Assembly: GCA_038087875.1 (NCBI GenBank)
Contig: CM075997.1
Coordinates: forward strand, 2,792,001 to 2,856,000
Origin: Malacoraja senta
Taxonomy: Eukaryota
Direction of reading: 5' to 3'
Length of the DNA: 64,000 bases
Shown here: positions 9,529-23,272 of the stretch, one piece after another
How positions within the stretch are numbered: the first letter of the stretch is position 1
Layout: every line of letters begins with the position of its first letter
Made by a program: the position numbers and the translations under genes
Notes under the pieces: model-generated
Databases searched by the model: none
The model's input: the letters and a program-made list of their open reading frames with translations, nothing else
What the model was told of the DNA's origin: nothing

Positions 9529-12500
9529 CTATCTGATCAAGTGATAGGTGAGCCAGTACATGAAGAAAGGCTGCACTGCAGCGATGGCCATGGTCAGGTA
9601 CATCCGCAGCTGGTTCCTGGTGCCCCGGACCAGAACACCCTCGGCCGCAGCCTCCGACAGAATCTTCAGCCTCAAAGTCCGGATCTGAAAAATATTTCAA
9701 AAGTAAATTAAGGGATTGTCAAGATGAAGTAAACAGGCTGGTCAGCTGTGTTATAGGTGTTTAACTTAATTCATATGAATCGGTAGTAGGACCTTAGAAA
9801 CACTAAGTGAGAGGTGACTTTTTTCACACAGAGGAGATGATGGGTGTATGAAATGAGTGCCAGAGGAGGTAGTTCAGGCAGGTACTATAACAGCATTTAT
9901 AAGATACTTGGAAAGGTACATGGATAGTAAAGGTTTAGAAGGATATGGGCCAAACGCAGGCAAATGGGACTAGCTTAGATAGGGCATCTTGGCCAGCATG
10001 TGCAAGTTGGGCCGATGGGCCTGTTTCCATGCCAAAAGGCTCCGAGTCCCTTACGGCACAGTGGCACAAGTGGTAGAGCTGCTGTCTCTCCACGCCAGAG
10101 ACGAGCTTCTAGGTTGAACTCAGATGCTGCCTGTGTGGAGTTTGCACGTCCCCTCGGCAACTGAGCCTCTGAGTTTCTTCCCACATCCCAAAGACGCACG
10201 GGTTTTTTCGGTTATTTGGCCTGTGTAAAAATTGCCGCTGGTGTGTCGGGGGTGGATGAGAAAGTGGGATTACATGGAACTAGTGTGAACGGGTGATCGA
10301 TGGTCAGTGTGGACTCGGTGCTGTCTCCATAAACTCAGCCCAGGATGAGAGGCAAGTTCATGGATGGCAGACAAGGCAATAACTGGTACAACCTCATGAC
10401 CGTGATGGTGGAATGTCCTTCAGGTGCAATTACAGGTACAAAGGGGACTGGGAGAGAGAGCAGCACCTGGCACACGTAGATAGATGCTGCTTCACCCTTT
10501 GGGGACCAATATTCAATCTTGACCTCCTGTGCTGTCTGTGGGGAGTTTGTGTATCTCCCCTGTGACTGCGTGGGTTTCCCCAGGTGCTCCAGTACATACC
10601 AAAGTACGTGCACGTTGGTAGATTAAATGGTCGCTGTAAATGACCACTGGTGGGTGGGTGACTGGTGGACCTTGGGACAATGCGATGTGATTACCATAGG
10701 ATTGGTGATAATTGGTGTCTGATGGCACAGACCTGTTGTGCCGAAGGGCCTGACCCTATGTGACGTGACTATCGCTAGCACTTGAGCCTGGAGCCATACC
10801 CAAGGGAGAGTCAGTGCTCCATGAACCGCCCTGCAGAGAAGCCAAAAATGGAAGCAGGATATTCCTGGAACTTTACTCTGGAGTCATCAACCCAGGAGCA
10901 GCACAGTGGCGCAGCGGTAGAGTTGCTGCCTTACAGTGCCAGAGACCCGGGTTCAATCCTGACTACAGACGCTGTCGATACGGAGTTTGTAAGTTCTCCC
11001 CGATACTCTGTGGCTTTTCTCCGGGTGCTCTGGCTTCCTTCCACATTCCAAAGATGTGCAGGTTTGGAGGTTAATTGGCTGATGTAAATTGTCCTTAGAG
11101 TGTGGGATAGAACCAGTGCACGGGGTGATCGCTGGTCGGCGCGGATTTCCACGCTGTATCTCTAAATTAAACCCCGAACACTCTACCAGGGAACAGTCAG
11201 GATCCTGATTTGCAAGAAAGAAATGGAGGGAGAATATTTTTATTCCATTAAAGGGATTTTGTGGAGTTTTTGAAGCCAAAGGAGAAATGAAGTGAAGTAA
11301 ACCCACCATGAACACCACAACTGAGATGCAGCACCAGGCCAAAGCAATGTAGTATCCCATTCTTCCAAACATCAACCCAGCTATGATTCCAATTATCATC
11401 CTGTGTGTGGGAGAAAGCAGAGTAGAGATGAGGCAGCTGCAACATTGCAATATTATCAATGTCCACCCTCCCACTTCAATGGTACCCTATTCCCATAAGT
11501 TTTAAGTGCAGAATTAGGCCATTCGGCCCATCAAGTCTATTTCGCCATCCAATCATGGCTGATCCATCTTTCCCTCTCAACCCCATTCTCCTGCCTTCTC
11601 CCCATAACTCCATCACCCAAACTCATCAAGAATCTGTCAATTTCTACCTTAAAAATATCCATTGACTTGGCCTCCGCAGCCGTCAGTGGCAAAGTATTGC
11701 ACAGATTCACCACCTAAAGGAACTCCATCTCATCTCCTTTCGAAAGATACGTCCTTTTATTCTGAGGCTATGGCCTCTGGTCCGAGACTCTCCCACTAGT
11801 GGAAACATCCTCTCCAAATTCACTCTATCCAGGCCTTTCATTCGCTATTTAGTAAGTTTCAATGAGGCCCCATTCATCCCGCTAAACTGCAGCGAGTACG
11901 GGTCCATTACCTTCAAATGCTCATCATATGTTAACCCACTCATTCCTGGGATCATTCTCGTAACGAGTCACATGTACCCAAGTCATTGATGTCCTTCATA
12001 GTGCCTGACCCAATACCCACTCACTGCCAGGGCATGCTTGCAAACTGACCCAGCCTCAGCCCATAGACTCGCCCTGTCCGCCCACCCCCAATGCTCACAC
12101 ACCTACCCAACGTATTTGTACCCTGCAAAGGCGACAAGGTCGATGGTGGTGAGGTCCGTGTTCACCGTGACCAGGTACAGACTGAGCAAGACGGCGAACA
12201 CCTCGATGACCAGCCAGATCATCGCGGTACTGGCCAACATGCCCAGCATCTCTGGGGAGAACCTGTGGGAAGAGACAGAGCGAGCTTAGTCAATGCTCAG
12301 CGTGAAGGAAAAAAATGTTGTGGGCTCGAGACATCTTGCAGTGACACAATGCAGAGCCATCCCACCCACAGCACAAGAGGACTAACTCCCAACCAGCTGG
12401 AATTTAGTTTTGTTTGGAGTTACAGCATGGAAACAGGCCCTTCGGCCCACCGAGTCCGTGACGACCAGCGATCCCTGTACCGTAGCACTATCCTACACAC

Positions 12501-15500
12501 TATGGACAATTTATACCTGGTTATTATCAGCAGGTCAGACAGCATATCTGGAGCACATGGATAGGTGACATCTGACGAAGGATAGATGAAGGAGTATCTG
12601 AAGAATGGTCTCAACCTAAAGCGCCACCGATTCATGTTCTCCCGGATGCTGCCTGACCTGCGGAGTTACTGCAGCATTTTGTGTCTTTCTTTAATAAACC
12701 AGCATCTGCAGTTTCTTGTTTTTACTGGTTATTGCTACCCTGTTCTATACAAGAGCTTATTGTCAGGTGTACTTTGGTACATTGAACAGTTTGTTTTGCA
12801 CGTTATCCGATCAAAATCAGATAATACTATGCATAAATACAATCAAGTCACACTCACATACAATCACAGCCAAGTAAAAGGTACCGAGTGCAGAATATAG
12901 TTGAGCATTATAGCGCAACAGATCCAGAGACAAAGTCCAATGTTCACAGTGTGGTAGAGGAGAATCAGACAGTACCCTCGCTTATTTGAAGGATCGTTCA
13001 GAAGGCGGATAAGTCAAGTCAAGTCAATTTTATTTCTATAGCACATTTAAAAACAACTCTCGTTGACCAATGTGATTTACATCAGTGCAGGTACTAATGT
13101 GCTACATACAGTGGTACATCGATCTAACAATACATACATAAATACATACATACAGCGCTCCCTCAGAGGACCTCAAGAAACGCTTGTGAGTAGAAATAAG
13201 TTTTAAGTCTAGACTTAAAAGAGTCGATGGAGGGGGCAGTTCTGATGAGAAAAGGGATGCTGTTCCACAGTGTATGTGCTGCAACCGCAAAAGCGCGGTC
13301 ACCCCTGAGCTTATGCCTAGACCGCGGGATGGTCAGTAACCCCAAGTCGGTCGACCTGAGGGACCTGGAGGTGGAATGGTGGGTTAGCAGATTTTTGATG
13401 TAGGTGGGGGCAAGCCCGTTAAGGGCTTTGTATACATAAAGGAGGAGCTTGAAATTGATTCTGAACCCCACTGGGAGCCAGTGGAGAGAGGCCAGAATCG
13501 GGGTGATGAGGGAAATGACCGGGATGGGACACGTCTTTCATTATGTTGGATGTTTTTCCCGTGGCTGCGTGAGGTGTAGATGTCAATAGTGGAGAGTCTG
13601 GTGTGTGCAAAATAGAATACAGCTAGAAATGTGTGTCCATGGCTGGCAAGACAACACACTAACCAAAGACTAACATTTCCTGGTGCTCATGTCCTTTAAG
13701 TATAACACTGATTAAAATGCAGTACTCCAACTCCAGACATCCCACTTAAACATGTTGGATCAGAGAATGGGGAGACACGACTGTCAGTGATAAAAAGGGT
13801 TTTACCTGCTCTGTGTCCCAAGAGCAAATCCAGCCACCAGTAAATATGTGATGAATGCCATTGCTGGAGAAGGAAATAGAAAGAGATACAGAACCATGAA
13901 CTGTGTCAATTCACAACAACCTGCCATGATAATTCAACATGTTCACATGGGACAACTTGTATCTCTATGGTATTTTAGTTTAGTTTAGAGATACAGCGCG
14001 GAAACAGGCCACCCGACCCACCGACCAGTGATCACCGCACATTAACACTATTCTAAACACACTAGGGACAATTTATACTTATACCAAGCCAATTAACATA
14101 AAAAAAACATGTACGTCTTTGCAGTGTGGGATGAAACCGGAGATCTTGGAGAAAACCCACGCAGGTCACTGGGAGAACGTACAAACTCTGTACGGACAAG
14201 CTCCCGTAGTCGGGACTGAACCCGGGTCTCCGGCGCTGTAAGGCTACACCATAGTGCCGCCTGACTAATGTGAGAATTCATAGACCTGGTTATAACTATA
14301 AGCACTACCGAGTTCAGACACTCACCTGGAATATACAAGTCAGGAGCATTTATTTCCACTCGAGGGGCCACTGGAGTGTCTTGTTGGTACTGTACCTCCC
14401 AATTCTGTCAACAGAAAGGGTGAAAAGCAACCATTATTTTTCCAAAACTGACCCTTGTTCTATATTTCCATGTCCTCAACCATCAAGATGTACAGCGTGG
14501 AAAAAGGCCCTTCGGCCCCACACCCATGCCGACCAAACTGCTCCATCTACACTAGTCCCACCTGCCCAAATTGGGCCCATATCCCTCGAAACCTTTTCTA
14601 TCAATGTACCCATCCAAATGTATTTTAAATGCTGTTATAGTAACTGCCCCAACTACCTCCTCTGGCAGCTCGTTCCATGCACCCACCACCTTCTGTGTGA
14701 AAAAGTTGCTCCTCAGGTTCCTATTAAATTGTTTCTCTCTCCCTTAAAGCCAAGTCCTCTGGTTCTTGATTCCTCTACGTTGGATAACAGACTCTGTGGA
14801 TCAACTCTATCTATTCCCCTCATGATCTTTAGACTTTACAAATACAGCGAGGAATAGGCTGCACCTATGTTCTATGTTTCTAAAACCAGAGAAGGACCTC
14901 ACTCCTTACCTGGTGCATGTAGGGAAAGACGAGGAGACCCAGCTTCTTTCCAACATAAATCGTGTCCACGGCAAAATAATACTTCAATCTGCTGACTGGA
15001 ATAAAACGATCGATCTGCAGGCAGCAAGAGGCACATTGCATCAGTAACTGAAAATTGAGCAAGTTTCAGAGGATGATGCTGCTTCTGGAAGGCTACTATG
15101 CCCTATAGTCATGGAGTTACACAGCACGGAAATAGACCCTTCAGCCCATCTCGTTCATGTCAACCAAGATGTCTTCCTGAGCTAGTTCCATTTCCTGCAT
15201 TTGGCCCAGATCCCTCGAAGCTTTTGTGCTGCGCTGAAGCTATTTCTTGACCAAGATCCCATGGCTGAAAGTTCCTGGGTTAGGCACATTCGTCTTCCTG
15301 CCTAGTTGGAGAATCTGTGGAATTCTCATGAATGTTAGAGAAATATTTAAAGTGGGGGTAGATACATTTTTGAAAGATTCGAGGATTGAGAAGTGTGGGA
15401 GCTGGTACGGAGGCGGAGCTGCGGTAGATCAGCCTTCATTAAAATGGATGGTGGAGGGGCCAAGTGGCCTAGTCCTATTTTCTTGTGTTATATTTAAAAG

Positions 15501-18500
15501 ACATTTGGACAGATACATGGATGTGGACGGCTCGATTGTAATCATGTATTGTCTTTCCGCTGAGGCACGGTTTAGAGGGATATTGGTCAATGCAGGCTGG
15601 TGAGACTAGAGAGGGAATCTTGGTTGGCCTGGGCAAGTTGGTCTGAAGGGCCTGTTTTCATGCTGTATGACTATGAGTTAACAGAAATCCCAACCCTTAT
15701 GCAGTGCGGATTAGCAGGGTGCTAATGGATTTTGGCTTGGAAATTATCACCCCCTCACCCAAGGGTTTGCCATGGTTGTGGCTGTTTATTCCACAGTCAG
15801 AGTGGTGCATTGTCCCACTGGTGCACAGTATCCAGCAGTGATCCTTTGCCACAACCACTGTCATTGGAATTGACAACATACTCTCAGCCAGAGCAGATGC
15901 TCAGATTAGTTTAGAGGTACAGCGCGGAAACAGGCCCTTCGACCCACCGAGTCTGCACCGACCTAACGATCAGCATTCCCCGCACATTACACACACACAC
16001 GGGACAATTTACAATTTTACCAAAGCCAATTAACCTACAAACCTGTTCATTTTTGCAGCGTGGGAGGAAACTGCAGCACCCCGAGAAAACCCACACAGGT
16101 CACAGGGAGAACGTACAAACTCCGTACTGACCGCACTCATAGTCAGGATTGAACCTCTGTCTCTGGCGCTGTAAGGCAGCAACTCTACCGCTGCGCCACT
16201 TTGCCGCCCCAACTGTGTGCTGAACATCCTTGGTTCAGATGGAAAAGTGGAAGATGCCATGTGCGGTGAGAATTCTGATTTGTCTTCGCTCACTGTCACA
16301 AAGCCCCTTACATTTTTATCCACGATGTTCTTCCCTTGACTTGCCAAGCTGCTCCCGTAAGCCATCGCCAGGTTAGACATCATGGGGTCGCTGAGGATGC
16401 CGGGTCTTGCGAGGCCAAAGCCAGCCGTGGGTCCCTCGTACACTGGTTCGAACGGCTGAGCATCCATGTTTCCGCTGGTGTCTTCAAAGAGGTTACTGGG
16501 ATGCCCTGGGACCCTCGTCCTCACCTTGGCAGCTGCAATGAAGAGTGGGAGAGTCAGCTGGCCTGGGTTACAAACAGAACAAATCCAGCTCCTCAGTGCC
16601 ACTCAAAGTCACCAGAATCCCTGCCCCTGTCCTACAACTCAGTTCACGGCTAAATAACCAACAAGGAGACATGTTTGACAAAGTGTACACAAGTCAGCAC
16701 GGGGTGAGATTGGACATGGAACTAAAATTTAAATTCCGAAATATGTTGCACAAAAACATGGGATGAAAATGTAAATGGGGGTGATCGCCAAGTTTGAAGA
16801 CGACAGAAAAGGTGCCAGAGGTGCAGAAGGTCATTGAAGGATTCAGCCGGATTATGGACAAGATGGAAATATGGAGAAACAACAGATGGAAATTAATCTG
16901 GACAAGTGTGAGGTGATGCATTTTGGAAGGTTAAATGCAAGAGTGCAGTGAATGCCAAAACCTTTGGGAGCATTCATGTACAAAATGATTTTGGGGTGCA
17001 AGTCCATAACTCCCCTGAAAGTGGCAACACAAGTAGAAAAGCAGCATCGCTTTACAGGCAACCAGTCACAGAATGAAGTTGACACTCTGGCCACTGGGTT
17101 TACAGGAATCTATGATTTCCAGACAGAATTTACACAAGATTTACGTCATGGAATCATACAACATAAAAACAGCCCCTTCAGTTTTTATTGCTTCATCATT
17201 GTGCTGCCCGTTGATCTACATTCTGCAACCTTGGACAACTTTCTTCACTGCCCACTGTCCCACTAATTTTGGTGTCATCCACAAACTTGTTCAACATTCC
17301 ATCTCTCTATCCCTCCCCCACCCAAGTCGCATGAGCTTCTCCTTTTCACCCCACAAACAGCTTACCATTCTCATCCAAATCCTTAGCACAGATGACAACG
17401 CTCACCGATCCCTGCTGACACCACTGGTCATAGGCCTCCAATATGAAACACAACCCTCTAGTACCACCAAGCCAATTTTGTATCCAACTGGCTAGCTTAC
17501 ACTGTATCTGTACTATAGAGCCATTAAAAGAAAGATTTGCAGTAATATACTTTTTCTTTTTAAAGGCTCAATATACCACTACAACATTGTATGTTGAGTG
17601 GTATTAATAAAATTGTCAGGATAGTTGGATAGTAATGCAGCTACAATCAATGTGGAATACTATGCACAACTGAGAGGGAAACTTGATTCAAAAGATAGTC
17701 TGTCAGCTTAGTCTTTAGAATGAGAATTGAAATCTCAAATCCGAGAATTAAAACCCACAATCTCAAATCACGTGTTGTAATAATAATAATAATAATAGAT
17801 TTTATTTATATAGCGCTTTTCAGGACTCAAAGTCGCTTTACAATTGAGAGTCAGGAATAAACAAAACAAAATAGAGCAGTAAGACAGAGGGGGGGGGAAC
17901 ATGGGACTAAGGGTATGCAGAGGTGAAGAGATGGGTCTTGAGGCGGGACTGGAAGATGGTGAGGGACTCAGAATTTCGGACCGGTTGTGGGAGGGAATTC
18001 CAGAGCCTGGGAGCTGCCCTGGAGAAGGCTCTGCCTCCAAAAGTGCAGAGGTTTGATTTCGGAGTGGAGAGGAGACCAGCTGATGTGGATCTGAGGGACC
18101 GTGAGGGTTGGTAGGGGGAGAGGAGGTCAATGAGATAAGGGGGGGCCAGGTTGTTGAGGGCTTTGTAGGTGAGGACCAGGATTTTGTAGGTGATCCGGTG
18201 GGAAATGGGAAGCCAGTGAAGTTCTTTGAGAACTGGGGTGATGTGGTGCCAGGATTTGGTGTGGGTAATGAGTCGAGCGGCTGCATTTTGGACCAGTTGG
18301 AGTCGTTTGATGCTGCTGGAATTGATTCCGAAAAGAAGAGAGTTACAGTAGTCCAGTCGGGAGGAGATGAAGGCATGGATGAGTCTTTCAGCAGCGGGGG
18401 GTGTGAGAGACGATCTGATTTTTGCAATGTTGCGGAGGTGAAAAAATGATGTTTTGACAACATGGCGGATGTGAGGCTCAAGGGAGAGGGTTGAGTCAAG

Positions 18501-20807
18501 GATCACGCCAAGGTTGCGTGCCTGAGGAGATGGGGAGACAGTGGTGCCGTCGATAGTGAGAGTGGGGTTGTTAATTTTAGTGAGTGTTGATTTGGAGCCA
18601 ATGAGGAGAAATTCTGTTTTGCTACTGTTTAATTTAAGGAAGTTGAGTTGCATCCAAGATTTGATGGCTGATAGGCAGGAGTTGATATGGGAGAGAGGGG
18701 GGTGGTGGGGGGACTTGGTGCTGAGATAGATCTGGGTGTCATCAGCATAGCAGTGGAAGTCCAGGTTGAAGTGACGGAGTATATGACCAAGGGGGAGGAT
18801 GTAGATGATGAAGAGGAGGGGACCAAGAACGGAGCCTTGGGGAACGCCTTGAGTGACAGTGGCTGTGGCAGAGGTGTGGTTATGGAGAGAGATGAAGTGG
18901 GATCGGTTGGAAAGGTAAGAACGGAACCAGCTGAGTGCAGAACCTTCAATGCCAGTCCAATTGTAAGTGGACTGGCCTTACATCGCCAGTCTTGGGTTCG
19001 ATCCTGACTACGCGTGCTATCTGTACGGCGTTTGTACGGTCTTCCTGTGACCGTGTTTTCTCTTTGTGCTCCAGTTTCCTTCCAAAATCCAAATTTGTAC
19101 AGGTTTGTAGGCTAATTGGCTTTTGTAAATTGTCCCTAGTGTGTAGGATAGAACTAGTGTATGGGTCAGCTTGGACATGGTGGGCTGAAGGGCCAGTTTC
19201 CACCCGAAGCTAAATAAAAAATGAGTTCCCTAAAAATTGAGGAACAGCGGTTATCTCAGGGTCAAATCTCCAATTCCACTCAAACCATTCAATTTTGCTT
19301 CAAAATGCAGAATCTTTGGAGTAACATATTACTCTCCTGACATTGTGGGGCTATTTGGTGTATCCTTACCTTCCCAGAGTCAGAGGGATATCAGAGAAGT
19401 GAGTGAGTGCTATTTTCCCCAAAGCCACCAGACACAATTCTCCTCACACTCACATTTTAAACTATCTCCATCCCGCAGACCTCTGCATCACACCGCTGCC
19501 GTACTCATCTATCCCCTGCACACACTCCACACCCACTGAGCACCTCACCCACACACCTTTCCCCAGGACCCTGATGTCCCCTCACTCTACCCCATGGGGC
19601 CATAGAGCCTCTCTCCCTGTCCCCCACCCACTCGGTCGCCCTACCCAAATCTCGAGCCTGCACACCCTTCCACGCCCCCAAACATTACCGCTCAAGGTGC
19701 CTTGTGCCTACACCTTCCTCACAGGACCCTGGCACCACCACCCCTCCCCTCCTCCGACACTCCCCGCTGGACTTGTTCATCAGTCACTGAAAGCATGCAG
19801 GTACAGCAGGCAGTGAAGAAAGCTGATGGCATGTTGGCCTTCATAACATTTAGAACGGAGATGAGGAAAAACATTTTCACCCAGAGAGTTGTGAATCTGT
19901 GGAATTCACTGCCTCAGAGAGTTGTGAATCTGTGGAATTCTCTCCCTCAGGGCAGTGGAGGCTAATTCTCTGGATGTTTTCAAGAGAGAGTTAGATAGAG
20001 CTCTTAAAGATAGCGGAGTCAGGGGATATGGGGAGAAGGCAGGAACGGGATATTAATTGTGGATGAGCAGCCATGATCACATTGAATGGCGGTGCTGTCT
20101 CGAAGGGCCGAATGGCCTACTCCTGCACCTATTGTCCATTGACTCTGGCACTTCCCAGGACCCAGACATTCTCCCCGGGACCCTGGCACTCACTCTGGAC
20201 TCGAATACTGACCCTTTGCTCCTGCCCCTGTCATCCACTGACACTCCATCCCGTCACCCTTTGATCCTCCCCCAACCCCTGCTGACCCCAGCCCCTGACA
20301 CCCCCTGAGCCCTCACCCCGACCTCTCGTCTTGGCGGCCTCTGACTCCTCAAACCCCTTCCCCTGAAGCCCCCTAACGCCAGTCCCTCCTGTCTGGCACC
20401 TGAACTCCCCCCCCCCCCCCCCTTTGCTCCCTGACAACCCAGCCCCATTTCCCGCTGCCCCCCCAACCCTGTCACCCCTTGATTCTGCCCCCCGGCCTCT
20501 GGAGCCCGCTGACCCTAGTCTCTGGCCCCCTTACCCCAGCCGGGTGGGAATGAGCCCGTCGGGGGCGGGGGGGGGGGGGGGACAATCCCACCGCCCACTA
20601 TCCCCGGCCCTGTCACCGGGGGCGGGGGGTGGGGATGGGGTCGCGGAGATTTACAGCTGCCCTTTCCCGGCGGAAAACCACCACGTATTTCGTTAACCTT
20701 CCTGCCCCCTGACCGTGGCCAACAATTAATAAAGCGGGCCACATACGTAACTTACGGTGCCTGAAGCCGGCGGGGCCGCTGTTGCTGCCGCTGCCGCTGT
20801 GGTCCAT
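9529..20807 (-). CDS. YIF1B: Protein YIF1B (Yip1-interacting factor homolog B), 306 aa; coding exons 20807-20756, 16532-16312, 15014-14910, 14404-14326, 13863-13806, 12262-12107, 11400-11307, 9684-9529
   Basis: Kozak GCCGCCATGG; exons total 921 nt with consistent phases. Motifs [59 protein letters not shown] and [30 protein letters not shown] fit YIF1B rather than YIF1A as remembered. Confidence 0.95.
13011..13520 (-). mobile_element. L2-clade LINE 3' fragment
   Basis: [22 protein letters not shown]...RSLRS...[15 protein letters not shown] motif with a (GACTT)n tail; a related 3' end lies on + at ~27325-27488. Confidence 0.8.
17778..18950 (-). mobile_element. L2-clade LINE 3' fragment with partial reverse transcriptase
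   Basis: [12 protein letters not shown]...ARNLGVILD...[14 protein letters not shown]...[11 protein letters not shown]...[16 protein letters not shown]; (TTA)n tail. A closely related 3' end at ~21567-21942 is inserted into a CR1 fragment. Confidence 0.88.
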
Positions 20808-21000
20808 GGCGGCGCCGAGCTCCCTCCCCAACCGCCAGGGGCAGCAAAGCGCATGCGCACACGCCGGCCACGCACCCCACCCCCAATGACTGACATCCCG
20901 CCCAGCCAATCAGCGGACGGGACCCACAGCGCGGTGACATCACCCGCCCCACGATTGGTCAGTGTCACCCGGCGAGTGGGCGGGTCTAATCGCACGTCTC
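20808..21000 (-). promoter_or_regulatory. YIF1B CpG-rich promoter / 5' UTR
   Basis: NRF1 palindrome GCGCATGCGC at 20849-20858; CCAAT boxes at ~20883, ~20905 and ~20954; GC boxes at ~20898, ~20943 and ~20978; high CpG density. Confidence 0.8.
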
Positions 21001-21164
21001 TTTTGTTTTTTTTGCCGACACTAATTCTTGAGGCAATTAAAGTCATAATCTTTGATTAAAGTCTGGCGTTGGATGACGGGCTCGCTAACCGATGGCGCCT
21101 GAGCAGGCGGCATGGGTCAGAGAGGGTCACAGTGCACCTAGTTTAGGTTTTAAACTTCCCCAAC

Positions 21165-22080
21165 ACTAATTTGAGGAAGGACATCTTTGTGATTAAGGCA
21201 CATGCAGCGTAGGTTCACGAGATTGATCCCTGGGAATGGCGGGACTGTCATATGAGGAAAGATTGAAAAGACTAGGCTTGTATTCACTGGAGTTTAGAAG
21301 GATGGGGGGGGGGGCTCTTATAGAAACGTATAAAATTATAAAAGGACTGGATAAGCTAGATGCAGGAAAAATGTTCCCAATGTTGGGCGAGTCCAGAACC
21401 AGGGGCCACAGTCTTAGAATAAAGGGGAGGCCATTTAAGACTGAGGTGAGAAAAACTTTTTCACCCAGAGAGTTGTGAATTTGTGGAATTCCCTGCCACA
21501 GAGGGCAGTGGAGGCCAAATCACTGGATGCATTTAAGAGCGAGTTAGATAGAGCTCTAGGAGCTAGTAATAATAATACATTTATTTTATATAGCGCTTTC
21601 AAGGACTCAAAGTCGCTTTACATGGAGAGTCAAAAACAAAACAAAATAGAGCAGTAAGACAGAGATGCAAAGGGGAGGGGGACATGGGACTAAGGGTATG
21701 CAGAGGTGAAGAGATGGGTCTTGAGGCGGGACTGGAGGATGGTGAGGGACTCAGAATTTTGGATCAGTTGTGGGAGGGAGTTCCAGAGCCTGGGAGCTGC
21801 CCTGGAGAAGGTTCTGTTTCCAAAAGTGCAGAGGTTGGATTTCGGAATGGAGAGGAGACCGGCTGATGTGGATCTGAGGGACCGTGAGGGTTGGTAGGGG
21901 GAGAGGAGGTCAGTGAGATAAGGGGGGGCCAAGTGGTTGAGTGGTGGAGTCAAGGGATATGGGGAGAAGGCAGGCACGGGTTATTGATTGGGACGATCAG
22001 CCATGATCGCAATGAATGGCAGTGCTGGCTCGAAGGGCCGAATGACCTCCTCCTGCACCTATATTCTATGTTTCTAACAT
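21165..22080 (+). mobile_element. CR1/HER1 LINE 3' fragment interrupted by an L2 3' end
   Basis: [22 protein letters not shown]...[10 protein letters not shown] motif. The CR1 3' sequence resumes at ~21943 after the reverse-oriented L2 insert. Confidence 0.8.
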
Positions 22081-22871
22081 TTAAAATAGGGAAGCAGCAA
22101 ATAATTTCATCTTTAGTTCTAGAAAATACAGCACAGAAACATGCTCTTCATCCACCGAGCCCACGCTGACCAACGATCACACATTCACAGTAGTTCTCTG
22201 TTATATGTGTAATAATATGTTTCTTGGTGTGAAAATCTTGGTGTGAGAAATGGCAAGAGGAATCTCAATTTCAACATCTATATCAAGAAACAATGGAGAA
22301 TTTTGGAATAATGCTTTTATAAACTAAACATTTTAATTCAAATTTTTACCGTATAAACCAAATTTGCACATATTAATAATAACAATGCACTTGCACCTCT
22401 CACCACCAGTAATTCCCCTCCTGATACAAAGGCAATGGAATGGGTGCAAAAATCTCAATGGAGAAGGAATACAATTTAGAAACTAACTGCAGATGCTGGC
22501 TTCCCAACGAAAGACAAAGTGCTGGAGTAACTCAGCTGGTCAGGCAGCATCCTTTTGTATATGCTTTTTTTGTATATCAGCATCTGCACTTCCTTGTTTC
22601 TCCATCCCATTTTCAATGCTCTATATGTAACTGCAGAAGCTGGTTGAAAACCAAACATAGACACAAAATGCTGGACCAACTCAGTGGGTCAGGTCTGAAG
22701 AAGAGTCCCGACACAAAATGTCACCCATCCAGGTTCTCCAGGGATGCTGCCTGATCCGCTGAGTTACTCCAGCGCTTTGTGTCTTTCGAGGAATAAAAAT
22801 CTCATTCCCAGTGTTGTGACTCTGACCCGACCCAGATCAAGCCAGACAGGTAACAGGGTATAACAGCCTTT

Positions 22872-23272
22872 CTAACAAATAGTCGGAGTGTATTCAAGGT
22901 CAAATGTACAAGCAATGATGTCAGTACAGCGCAGTAAGGCTTCCTTCTGAATGCCTAATGGCGTCTGCAAGGCTGTGACTTGGAAGTTGAGGATGTCAAT
23001 GTCAGAGGCGGTGAATGCTGCGGTGACAATCACCTGCTCATACATTGTAAAGTTCACCGGCTTCCCCGTCATCGTAATCAAACTTTGCAGAAAGCGTTCC
23101 CGGAGCAGAGAGCGGGAGCGCTGCTCCTCTTCCAGGCAGACACTGGAGCAGTTGTTCGAAGCTCGAATGGTGGAAGGCGCCAAGGCATGGTAGCGGGCAG
23201 ATGTGGGGTCAAAGCCTCGGCTCTGTCCCTCCGGGCCCCGTGGAGACGCACAACTAACACAGGGGACGTCAT
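22872..23272 (-). CDS. GEMIN7: Gem-associated protein 7 (SMN complex); single coding exon with an apparent 1-nt deletion at ~23242
   Basis: MTSPVLVVRL followed, in another frame, by PRGPEGQSRGFDP...EQRSRSLLRERFLQSL...FTASDIDILNFQVTALQTPLGIQKEALLRCTDIIACTF matches GEMIN7. Acceptor-like TTTGCTTCCAAGCAG lies just upstream of the ATG. Restoring one C gives 133 aa. Confidence 0.9.

Noticed and set aside
20700..20960. Possible ER-stress elements (CCAAT and CCACG motifs) at the YIF1B promoter
   Set aside because: Spacing and order match neither CCAAT-N9-CCACG nor ATTGG-N-CCACG.
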